DNA of 42,239 nt from Candidatus Peregrinibacteria bacterium (lineage in GTDB: Bacteria; Patescibacteriota; Gracilibacteria; UBA1369; LOWO2-01-FULL-3): positions 1 through 42,239 of the forward strand of contig WJKE01000066.1 in the NCBI GenBank assembly GCA_014729275.1, written 5' to 3'. A model generated the notes under the pieces. It ran no database searches. It was not told the origin of the DNA and was given only the letters and a program-made list of their open reading frames with translations. The translations under genes were made by a program, and so were the position numbers. Below, piece by piece: positions 8,866-16,997 of this stretch. The stretch's first letter is position 1. Each line of letters starts with the position of its first letter.

Positions 8866-10974
8866 ATGAATCTGGTTAAAATAATAAATTTTATTCTTAT
8901 CAACCTTTCGCTCATTGCAAGCTCATTTCTTGTTTTTTGTTTGTTATGTAAGCAAAAAAAGGGTTTTTTACATCTATTGTTATCAATTACTGTTTTATTT
9001 TTTTCATTAATAACTTTAATAACCATAGGATTAGGAATTTTTGAGAAAATATCGTTTCTGAATGTTTCAATAGTTTCCTATATTGTATTAGGCATACTCT
9101 TGATTTTAACAAGAAAAGAAAATTTTTTCATTGGGCAGTTTATAAAATATTTTCAGATACATAAATCTAAATCTAAATCTAACCTGCTCTTGGGAACAAT
9201 ATTATTTGCACCTATTGGCATTTTACTTTTTGTTAAGTTTTTCATTGCTCTTTTTCAAATACCATTGGAATTTGATGCGATGATTTATCATTTACCGATA
9301 GTAACGGAATGGCTACAAACCGGAAGTCTAACGGATATCTATTATACAGCCTTTGCAGGACCATTAGCCTACTACCCCGGTAATTTTGATCTTTTCTATC
9401 TTTGGTCAATTTTATCTTTGCATAATGATTTTTTTGTTAACCTTTTAAATTTCCCTTTGCTTATTTTACTAACCGTAGGAATCTATAAGACAAGTATTAA
9501 TTTTGGGATTTCCAAAAAAATAAGCCTATTTGCTTCAGCCTTTTCACTGTATTTACCTGTTTTTTTTCAACAGGCGGGAACTGCCTTTGTGGATATTTAT
9601 TTCATCCTGACTTTTGTCCTGGCCATTTATTTTCTTCAGGAAATTTCAAAAAATATAAAAAGCAAACATAACTCAATTTTATTTGGACTCACTCTGGGGC
9701 TGTTTATGGGAACAAAATATTTAGGCCTTCCATATGGGTTTATTTTACTTATTATTTTTTTGTTTATTCATTTAATAAAGCCCAAAAAACAGTACATCCT
9801 CATAATATGGGGGGTGGGGTCAACTTTGCTTACGGGAGCCTTTTTTTATTTTAGAAACTGGGTAAATTCCGGTAATCCGATCTTTCCTGTCGAGCTAAAG
9901 CTGTTTGGCAAAACTTTTTTTGAAGGCTATCCGAATGCAAACAAGCAACTCAGCGGCAGTTCTCTTTGGGAGCACATGAATGAAGCTTCGGCAATTAAAG
10001 AGTTCTTCGAGGCCTTCTGGACAATGACAGGCCTGGGCGGTTTATTGCTTCTATTCTCATTTTTTGCCTTGGCTGGGCTTGTCATATATTCGCTTAAAAA
10101 GCGAATACTGAGTAAAAAAGAAATAAGAATCAGTATCCTTATGTTGATTGTAGGGGGGCTTTATTTTGTCTTATATTTAAAAGCTCCTTACAGCTATCGA
10201 GACTTGATCCATAATATACGTTACGCAATGCCCTTCTTGATAATTGGTGTTTTTTCGTTGGGGTATTTAGCAACAAAAATAAAAAAGGCTCGTATTATTT
10301 TTTATCTCGTTTCAATATTTGCTTTTATTCATAACTTGCTCTTTTTAGTGATTTCACCCGCATACAAAACCAGGTTTGATTTTTGGGTAATACAGGAGTA
10401 CAAAACTCAAATGGTGATCACGACGATTGGTGTGGTAGCTTTATTGCTTGTATTTGTTTTTAAACACAAAAAAATAATAAGGGGCACGATGCTGGCGGTT
10501 TTTATCACTATTCTTGTTTATGTTTTTAATCTTGCATATCATGAAAGAGAGAAATTAGCACCTCGGTTTTATGAATCTTGGTATCCTGCAGAAAATCAAT
10601 ATTTCGGTATATGGAATGCAGCCCTATGGTTTGATAAAAACGCTCCAAATGCAGCTATTGCTTATAGCGGTTTTCATTTTCACTATCCTCTTTTTGGAAG
10701 GAATTTCCAGCGTTCTGTAGATTATATAAATATAAACGATTGCACCTATTGCCGCTATGTAAACTACAAAAACAGTTCTAATTCTATTAGGCGTAATCCC
10801 GACTATGAAGATTGGATGCAAAATTTAGAGATCTTCCGGAAAGATTATATTGTGGTTGACACAACAATCACTCCGGAAGTAAAAAGTAATGAGCTGGAAT
10901 GGATTATTAAACATCCGGAGAAGTTTGAATTAATCCGGGAATATAAAAAAACTGTCATATATAAAATAAAATAA
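8866..10974 (+). CDS. polytopic GT-C-type membrane glycosyltransferase (ArnT/PMT-like)
   Basis: D.M.YHLP, YYPGNF, D.Y..L, GTKY.G, RNW...GNP.FP, RY.MP; many TM helices. Confidence 0.65.
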   Translation: MNLVKIINFILINLSLIASSFLVFCLLCKQKKGFLHLLLSITVLFFSLITLITIGLGIFEKISFLNVSIVSYIVLGILLILTRKENFFIGQFIKYFQIHKSKSKSNLLLGTILFAPIGILLFVKFFIALFQIPLEFDAMIYHLPIVTEWLQTGSLTDIYYTAFAGPLAYYPGNFDLFYLWSILSLHNDFFVNLLNFPLLILLTVGIYKTSINFGISKKISLFASAFSLYLPVFFQQAGTAFVDIYFILTFVLAIYFLQEISKNIKSKHNSILFGLTLGLFMGTKYLGLPYGFILLIIFLFIHLIKPKKQYILIIWGVGSTLLTGAFFYFRNWVNSGNPIFPVELKLFGKTFFEGYPNANKQLSGSSLWEHMNEASAIKEFFEAFWTMTGLGGLLLLFSFFALAGLVIYSLKKRILSKKEIRISILMLIVGGLYFVLYLKAPYSYRDLIHNIRYAMPFLIIGVFSLGYLATKIKKARIIFYLVSIFAFIHNLLFLVISPAYKTRFDFWVIQEYKTQMVITTIGVVALLLVFVFKHKKIIRGTMLAVFITILVYVFNLAYHEREKLAPRFYESWYPAENQYFGIWNAALWFDKNAPNAAIAYSGFHFHYPLFGRNFQRSVDYININDCTYCRYVNYKNSSNSIRRNPDYEDWMQNLEIFRKDYIVVDTTITPEVKSNELEWIIKHPEKFELIREYKKTVIYKIK

Positions 10975-10978
10975 CTTC

Positions 10979-12139
10979 ATGAATGATATAATTAAAAAAT
11001 TCAAACCATTTATGAAATATTGTATAGTAGGTGCTATGGGAACATTTTTAGATCTCGCAGCTCTCTATATTTTCGTGGAATATATCTCAATTCCTGTTAT
11101 TCCCGCCTCAATTTTGTCCTTTTTATTGGCGGTAACCAATAATTTTTTGCTCAACAAGAGTTGGACATTTAGAAACAAATCCAAAAATTATCGAAAACTC
11201 TATATTAAATTTTTCATTGTTTCACTTGTTGGACTTGGATTAACTGTAACCGGTATGCACGTCATGGTAAACATCATCGGAATTTGGTACATGCTCGCAA
11301 AAGTACTCACCTCTCTTATAGTTCTTACATGGAATTTTTTAGCAAACAAATTTTGGACATTTCGCCTTACTGAAAAGAACTTATTTATTGTTGATGATTT
11401 TCCGCTTGAGCTTTCTGTAATCATTCCGGCTTACAACGAGGAGAATAGAATAAAAAATACACTTCTGGCCATTGAAGACTACATAAAAGACAATAAAATC
11501 AACGCGGAAATAATAGTTGTGGACGATGGTAGTCAGGATAAAACCACACAAATTGTTAATAATTACAGGCAAAAAAATAACAGTATAAAGTCCATTAAGC
11601 TCGAAAAGAATAAAGGAAAAGGTTGTGCGGTAAAGGCCGGAGTAGAGGCAGGCAAAGGAAAATATATTTTGTTTACGGATGCGGATAATTCAACTCCTAT
11701 TGAGGAATTTGAAAAATTACTAACACAGTTAAAATCAAAAAACGCAAAATTAGCCATTGGTTCAAGATATCTACATGACAGCAATATAAAAATCAAACAG
11801 CCCTATTATCGAATTCTTATTGGCAGAATAGGTAATTTACTTATACGCATTTTCTTGATTGATGATATTAAAGACACGCAATGCGGTTTCAAACTATTCG
11901 AGCATAGAGTGGCAAAAGAAATTTTCTCATTTCAAAAAATAAAGCGTTTTGGTTTTGACATGGAGGCACTGGTTATAGCTCAAAATCTTGACTACAAAAT
12001 AATCGAAGTGCCTGTAAGTTGGTTTAACTCAGCAGAAAGCAGATTCAGACCGATCAAAGACAGTCTAAGGACACTCCGAGATTTGGTTTACATAAAATTG
12101 AATCTTTGGAGTGGGCGCTATAACAGAGATAATGAATAA
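10979..12139 (+). CDS. GtrA-like flippase fused to polyprenyl-phosphate glycosyltransferase (GT2, Alg5/GtrB-like)
   Basis: N-terminal GtrA (VGA.GT..D, NF.LNK.WTF); GT2 motifs IIPAYNEE, VDDGS.D, FTDAD, DTQCGFKLF, FGFD.E. Confidence 0.9.
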   Translation: MNDIIKKFKPFMKYCIVGAMGTFLDLAALYIFVEYISIPVIPASILSFLLAVTNNFLLNKSWTFRNKSKNYRKLYIKFFIVSLVGLGLTVTGMHVMVNIIGIWYMLAKVLTSLIVLTWNFLANKFWTFRLTEKNLFIVDDFPLELSVIIPAYNEENRIKNTLLAIEDYIKDNKINAEIIVVDDGSQDKTTQIVNNYRQKNNSIKSIKLEKNKGKGCAVKAGVEAGKGKYILFTDADNSTPIEEFEKLLTQLKSKNAKLAIGSRYLHDSNIKIKQPYYRILIGRIGNLLIRIFLIDDIKDTQCGFKLFEHRVAKEIFSFQKIKRFGFDMEALVIAQNLDYKIIEVPVSWFNSAESRFRPIKDSLRTLRDLVYIKLNLWSGRYNRDNE

Positions 12140-12475
12140 AAGATTATAAATCATAAAATTTATTTATTAATTTCACTGTTTTTTTACTCATCTTCAAAAT
12201 AACAAAGGGATCGTAGAAGACTAAGTTTATTATTTAGTTATGGCCACAGCCTGCTTGAAGATAGCCGATTTTGATCTTAAAAACCGTCAGAGAGAGGGGG
12301 CGAACTTGATTGAGGGAAACAGCCAAAATACCGCCTCCCTCCGGGCAAAATAAATATAAAAATAATTCCCCCTCAAAAAAGACAGCAAATTCTATAAGGA
12401 ACACATATTTTATATTGCGCCTGCCGGCCGGGGCCGAAATTAAATCAGCTTACTTTAAACAAATAAATCGGACTC

Positions 12476-12538
12476 CTCGTGCCGGCACGAGATTTTTTGC
12501 GCAGAAAGTTTGACAATCCTTCAAACCTAATTTACCTT
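12476..12538 (+). promoter_or_regulatory. 16-bp palindrome CTCGTGCCGGCACGAG plus promoter
   Basis: Palindrome 12476-12491; TTGACA 12510-12515, 17 bp, TACCTT. Confidence 0.55.
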
Positions 12539-12562
12539 TCTCCCTTAAATTAATTCAATTTT

Positions 12563-13123
12563 ATGGGAAAAATCCAATTAGTAGGTAAAAATGAGCTCGA
12601 TAAAAATATTATTCTTGCAGAAAGCCTAGAAAGCGAAGATTTATTGCAAGCTCTTGTTAAAGCGGGAAATAGTTCAGAATCAAGTGAAAGCTTAATCACC
12701 CGGCTTAATTCAATCATTGCTGAAAAAATTCTTGAGCTAAGTCTTGATGATGGTTTTAACCTGGTATTACCTGTTTCCGAGCTAATCAGCCGCAACCTTC
12801 GACACGACAACGATTCACCAAAATTAAAGAGTTTAAGCGATTTACCCAAAGACACTCTAGCCTGCCTTTATGCTAGCCTCGAAAATTCTCCCGACCCCAG
12901 TAGAAAAGTCCACGAAGGGTTACATTTGGGCGACAAAGCACTCCATATTTTTGCAGGAATGGGTGGCAGCAGACATTTTCGTGAAATGGCAGGAAGTGAA
13001 GAGTTCAAAAAATACAATGAAAGAATGGCCAAAATAGGATACTCCACAGCTGTAAATTCCGCAAAACGACTCAATAAAGGTGAAGAGGGGATTTTTAGGT
13101 ATTACAATAGTACCCATAATTAA
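12563..13123 (+). CDS. hypothetical protein, possibly frameshifted near its 3' end
   Basis: 186-aa ORF; the +1 frame continues to TAA at 13233-13235. Confidence 0.6.
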   Translation: MGKIQLVGKNELDKNIILAESLESEDLLQALVKAGNSSESSESLITRLNSIIAEKILELSLDDGFNLVLPVSELISRNLRHDNDSPKLKSLSDLPKDTLACLYASLENSPDPSRKVHEGLHLGDKALHIFAGMGGSRHFREMAGSEEFKKYNERMAKIGYSTAVNSAKRLNKGEEGIFRYYNSTHN

Positions 13124-13233
13124 AAGGATCAAGGAAGTAAGAAAAGTTCTGCAAAAGCTAATGAACATTATTGACCTTGAAGATGAAATTGCCGAGATTG
13201 CAAAAAAGAAATCAGCAGATGTTTTAAACAATT

Positions 13234-13270
13234 AAAAAAAGGGGCGCGCTTTATTTAAAGCGCGCCCCTT
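13234..13270 (-). terminator. intrinsic terminator, possibly bidirectional
   Basis: AAGGGGCGCGCTTTA-TT-TAAAGCGCGCCCCTT perfect inverted repeat with an A-run (U-run on the minus strand), between convergent genes. Confidence 0.85.
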
Positions 13271-13283
13271 CCAAACATAAACT

Positions 13284-15338
13284 CTAATTATTCAACATAT
13301 CCTCCCAAGTCTGATCTATTTTCTCCCAGGTATTTGAAACCAAATTTCCCTCAGTTTCCTCAGTGTCATTTTCATTTTTTACCCTAATTCTTCTATAAAC
13401 CTCAGGGTAGTCATCAGAAAGATATCTGTCAAAGAACTGTTCAAGAGTTGGAAGAGCCATTTCTTCCTGACCTGTCAGGCTAAGGCTATCCATTCCGTTA
13501 TAGTCTGCAATAATCACCATCATATCCACTCTATCAAATTTCCTTAATTCCGGTCTTGATTTCTTAATTTCATCAATGTTCCATACATCGTATAGCCCCT
13601 TCGAATCGCTGTCTCCCACAATGTCATAGAATCTTTTTCCCTCAACATCAATTGTTTCAGTAGCATCCTCATCCTCTTCAGTTTCCTCAGAAACATCTTC
13701 CTCAATCGACATTGTTTCATCTTCATAAATAACTTTTACGTTATCCTTTGTCTCTATTACAGCCATTTCCTCAGTTTCAGACTCAAGCGGCATCAAATAC
13801 ACTTTTTCCTCTTGTGCCTGCAGCTCATCCAGGGCTTGCTGCTCAGCAGAAACATCACTCGTATTATCAGATGAATTGATTAGTCCAAACAGTCCCATCA
13901 CTCCAAACACAGCTTTTTTAAACCATCTTTTAATTCTTCCTTGTTTCTTTAATTTAGCTGGATCAGGCAGAATATATAAGTCCATACCTTTATCAAACGC
14001 CTCCTGATCTTCACGTCTCTTTTTAAGGATTGAACTTAAGGCCTCTTTTAGCTCCTGCACTTCATTATATTTTCTAAGAAGTGAATTTTTGCATTCAGGA
14101 CTAGGCGTAATCTTATAAGTACGCATCAATCTTTTAGAAACTTTATCAGCTTGAGCCCATTTTGCTTCAATCTCATTCATTGTTTTTTCAGGCATTCTGT
14201 TGATAGAGTTCAGATCGTTAGAATACCAATTCTTTAACGCTTCCAAAGTCTCAGTTTCAGAGGCATAAACAGGATAAGCATCATCAGCTCCCACAGCTAC
14301 TTTTTGAACAGATTTTCTGCCGTACATAACCGCTCCCGGAGAAGAATCAAACGCAATACGTGTAATTTTACGTCTTTCTTTAATCAGTTTATTAATACCT
14401 CTATTAAGTTTTTTATACTTTTCCCACATATATTCACTAAGCTCGCTTGGTCCGTAAGCATTTTTCAGATAAGTATAAGACTTAACAATACGTTTCATCA
14501 TTAATTTATATGCAGAGTCTCTAATCTGACGATCAAGCTCTGTACTATCATTCATTCCGGTTAGAGCTCTTAAATCTTCCTCAATCATGTACTCACATAA
14601 AGAGATAGATTTTTTCGTATCAAATTCACTCGGAATATAAACCAAATATGGTGAAATCTCAGATACATCCGGATTATCAATTGTACAAAACTTAGCCTCT
14701 GTACAAATATTCTGATTTCTTCTTTGATCCGGATCAATCTGCTTAGGACGTGGAAGACCCGACATATCCATTTGTTCCACAATAACACTTGCTTGTTCGG
14801 TAGCACTTTGAACCGATTCACTAATTTCAGCAGTACCTGTTAGGGTTTTCTTAAGCTCATCTGCCTTAGCTCTTAATAGTCCACGGATCTCTTTAAATTC
14901 ACAAACCGGTGTATATAGCTTTTTAAATTTTGCATATCCGACAATTTTATTAATCTCTCCACTTAAATCCTTAGCAAAATCAGGATCCGTGATGAATCTA
15001 ATTGCCTTTTTCAAAGGTGCACTAATTAAGGACATAAATATGTCATCAATATAAGTGGAATCTCTTTGAACCTTTTTAATCTCCCTCAACTCATCAATAA
15101 GATCTCTAAAAGGATCGTAAATATCTGTTGGGGCAATATTTTGATTGCTTTCAATAGAAGCAATAATATCAGTAGCCCTTTTTATAGTAAGTAAAGGAGT
15201 TTCCTGAAATTCAACGTCATTTCCTGATTCTCCGGATTGGAAGAAATCATAGATACCGTCGTCAATTATTGTGTCGTCCCCTGGAGAACCTTGCGGCCCC
15301 ATTGGACGTCCCTGATTTTTAACACTTTTGTAATTCAT
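13284..15338 (-). CDS. large single-pass membrane protein with C-terminal LysM-like domain
   Basis: Helical N-terminal region; hydrophobic segment WFKKAVFGVMGLFGLI; acidic linker; domain homologous to that in 19774..22395. Confidence 0.7.
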   Translation of the reverse strand: MNYKSVKNQGRPMGPQGSPGDDTIIDDGIYDFFQSGESGNDVEFQETPLLTIKRATDIIASIESNQNIAPTDIYDPFRDLIDELREIKKVQRDSTYIDDIFMSLISAPLKKAIRFITDPDFAKDLSGEINKIVGYAKFKKLYTPVCEFKEIRGLLRAKADELKKTLTGTAEISESVQSATEQASVIVEQMDMSGLPRPKQIDPDQRRNQNICTEAKFCTIDNPDVSEISPYLVYIPSEFDTKKSISLCEYMIEEDLRALTGMNDSTELDRQIRDSAYKLMMKRIVKSYTYLKNAYGPSELSEYMWEKYKKLNRGINKLIKERRKITRIAFDSSPGAVMYGRKSVQKVAVGADDAYPVYASETETLEALKNWYSNDLNSINRMPEKTMNEIEAKWAQADKVSKRLMRTYKITPSPECKNSLLRKYNEVQELKEALSSILKKRREDQEAFDKGMDLYILPDPAKLKKQGRIKRWFKKAVFGVMGLFGLINSSDNTSDVSAEQQALDELQAQEEKVYLMPLESETEEMAVIETKDNVKVIYEDETMSIEEDVSEETEEDEDATETIDVEGKRFYDIVGDSDSKGLYDVWNIDEIKKSRPELRKFDRVDMMVIIADYNGMDSLSLTGQEEMALPTLEQFFDRYLSDDYPEVYRRIRVKNENDTEETEGNLVSNTWEKIDQTWEDMLNN

Positions 15339-15367
15339 ATTATTAGTGTTAATAAATTTAGCTTGGC

Positions 15368-15396
15368 ATATTACGATATTTGTTAAAGCTTGTCAA
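15368..15396 (-). promoter_or_regulatory. sigma70-like promoter
   Basis: Minus strand TTGACA, 17 bp, TAATAT. Confidence 0.6.
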
Positions 15397-15407
15397 GCCT
15401 TTTTTGT

Positions 15408-15570
15408 CTAAAAAGATCTTGTTTTTTTTCATGCGATTTTTGTCTTACAGAAGACGAATACAGTTTTGTACTTTAAAACATAGCTTAATATAAGCGTCAA
15501 ATTGTATACGATAAAAAGCCAAAAATCGAATATTATTGTTAATTTTTGTCAAAAGCGGGCCCTTCTTAAG
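15408..15570. mobile_element. ~165-bp MITE-like repeat, copy B
   Basis: CTAAAAAGATC...TATAAGCGTCAAATTGTATACGATAAAAAGCCAAAAATCGAATATTATT...AAAAGCGGGCCCTTCTTAAG; collinear with copy A. Confidence 0.7.
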
Positions 15571-15622
15571 TTTTTATGACAAAAAATGAACACCCTCATA
15601 GAATCAGTAATTAAGGGAAAAA

Positions 15623-15958
15623 TTATGACTCAAGATCTCCAATAATACCCTTCAAATATTCTAAATCATCTTCATCAAAAATAAGTTCCATCCAATCTTT
15701 TGGTAATACCTCAAAAGGAGAGGGAGTATTTATCTCTTTACAACGAATATCAACTTTTTTTTGCAGCTGTCTACGAAGTGCAAGGTCTGGAGTTTTACTG
15801 GTCAAGGAGTCTAATAATGCCTTTAAATCCTCAATAATAGACTCTCTTATACTACGTATCATCACATCTAACTCTGTGTCAGAGCCCTCATTTAAAGCTT
15901 TTTTAAACTGTCTGATTGTTGGTTCCTCTTCAGATTTTGTCATACTGGCTCCTTCCAT
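15623..15958 (-). CDS. hypothetical protein
   Basis: 111-aa acidic ORF with an upstream promoter. Confidence 0.6.
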   Translation of the reverse strand: MEGASMTKSEEEPTIRQFKKALNEGSDTELDVMIRSIRESIIEDLKALLDSLTSKTPDLALRRQLQKKVDIRCKEINTPSPFEVLPKDWMELIFDEDDLEYLKGIIGDLES

Positions 15959-15998
15959 TTAATAGATGATTTTAGAAATACATATTTGGAAGATTGTT

Positions 15999-16069
15999 AT
16001 AATATGCAGGGTTTGACAAGTTGTCAAATCTAGATTTTTTTCTGTACGAAAAATTTTCGTGCCGGCACG
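15999..16069 (-). promoter_or_regulatory. promoter plus CGTGCCGGCACG palindrome
   Basis: Minus strand TTGACA (16027-16022), 17 bp, TATTAT; the -35 lies within TTTGACAAGTTGTCAAA; palindrome at 16058-16069. Confidence 0.55.
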
Positions 16070-16134
16070 GAGCAGAAATTTTTGCTTTAAATAAACTACG
16101 GTTTTGGAATTTTTTCACTTTAAATATTGTTTTT

Positions 16135-16554
16135 TTATCCTAAACATTTCTTTAAGGTACTGGTATATCGCTGATCTACTTTGAGAATATGTTCGCTCAA
16201 CCAATTTACCGCATATTTTTGAGCTTCTTTAGCCAGCTTTATTTTTTCCGATTTTGAACATTCCCTTATTTTTTGTCTGTAATCCCGCATTTTTTCCCGG
16301 TAAGTTTCATGCATTTTGCAATGCACCTCAGTTTCTTCATACTTACACTTTAAAAAAAACTCTTCCTCTTCAGCCAGATGATAAAGAGCATAATTAAGCA
16401 ATTCGTCGAATATTATTTCCAACTCCTTTTCTTGCGCACCCGAGTAATTTTTTAGCAAATCATGCAGTTTATTGGTTATTTCAAAAAAATGCTTGTGTTG
16501 TTCATCAAGGCTTTGCAAACCTACGCTGTATTTTTTTTGCCAAATAAATTTCAT
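16135..16554 (-). CDS. bacteriohemerythrin
   Basis: W...YSVG...LD.QH, HLAEEE, HCKMH, WL.EHI..VD di-iron ligands. Confidence 0.93.
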   Translation of the reverse strand: MKFIWQKKYSVGLQSLDEQHKHFFEITNKLHDLLKNYSGAQEKELEIIFDELLNYALYHLAEEEEFFLKCKYEETEVHCKMHETYREKMRDYRQKIRECSKSEKIKLAKEAQKYAVNWLSEHILKVDQRYTSTLKKCLG

Positions 16555-16626
16555 AACTACAATTTGAATTCAATATATAAAAATTATATACTTTTTTAAA
16601 ATAAAAATTAACAATTTATATTTATT

Positions 16627-16881
16627 ATGACAGATGAAGAGCATTGTCCAAAATTAAAAAAATGCCCAATATTGGTAAAAGGTGTCTTGTTTAATGAAAG
16701 AACAGGTGAAACTTACAGACATTTATTTTGCAGTGATAAGAAAAAATATCCTACATGCAAAAGATACCTGGCAACCATTAAATCCGGCTTAAAAATTCCC
16801 GACTATATCATGCCCAACACTTCACTAACCGTTGATGAAGTAATAGCAAAGGCTAAGAAAAGTCCATTAAATAGAAAATAA
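16627..16881 (+). CDS. small Cys-rich hypothetical protein
   Basis: CPKLKKCP...FC......TCKRY...P..IMPN; four Cys. Confidence 0.65.
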   Translation: MTDEEHCPKLKKCPILVKGVLFNERTGETYRHLFCSDKKKYPTCKRYLATIKSGLKIPDYIMPNTSLTVDEVIAKAKKSPLNRK

Positions 16882-16891
16882 ATCTTATCAA

Positions 16892-16968
16892 TGGTCGGGG
16901 TGACAGGACTTGAACCTGCGACCTCACGCACCCCATGCGTACGCGCTAGCCAACTGCGCCACACCCCG
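16892..16968 (-). tRNA. tRNA-Pro(GGG)
   Basis: CGGGGTGTGGCGCAGTTGGCTAGCGCG, TACGC-ATGGGGT-GCGTG, GGTTCAAGTCC, CACCCCGACCA. Confidence 0.95.
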
Positions 16969-16997
16969 ACAAACCGGGGATATAATAGTCAGATTCC

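Noticed and set aside
12310-12513. 67-aa ORF or possible ncRNA in a long intergenic region
   Set aside because: TTG start, no motif, overlaps promoter elements; only weak pairing (GAGAGGGGGCG/CGCCTCCCTC) and no recognisable RNA family
8461-16968. Prophage or integrative island between the two tRNA-Pro genes
   Set aside because: No integrase or phage genes; the tRNAs are distinct isoacceptors in inverted orientation, not att repeats
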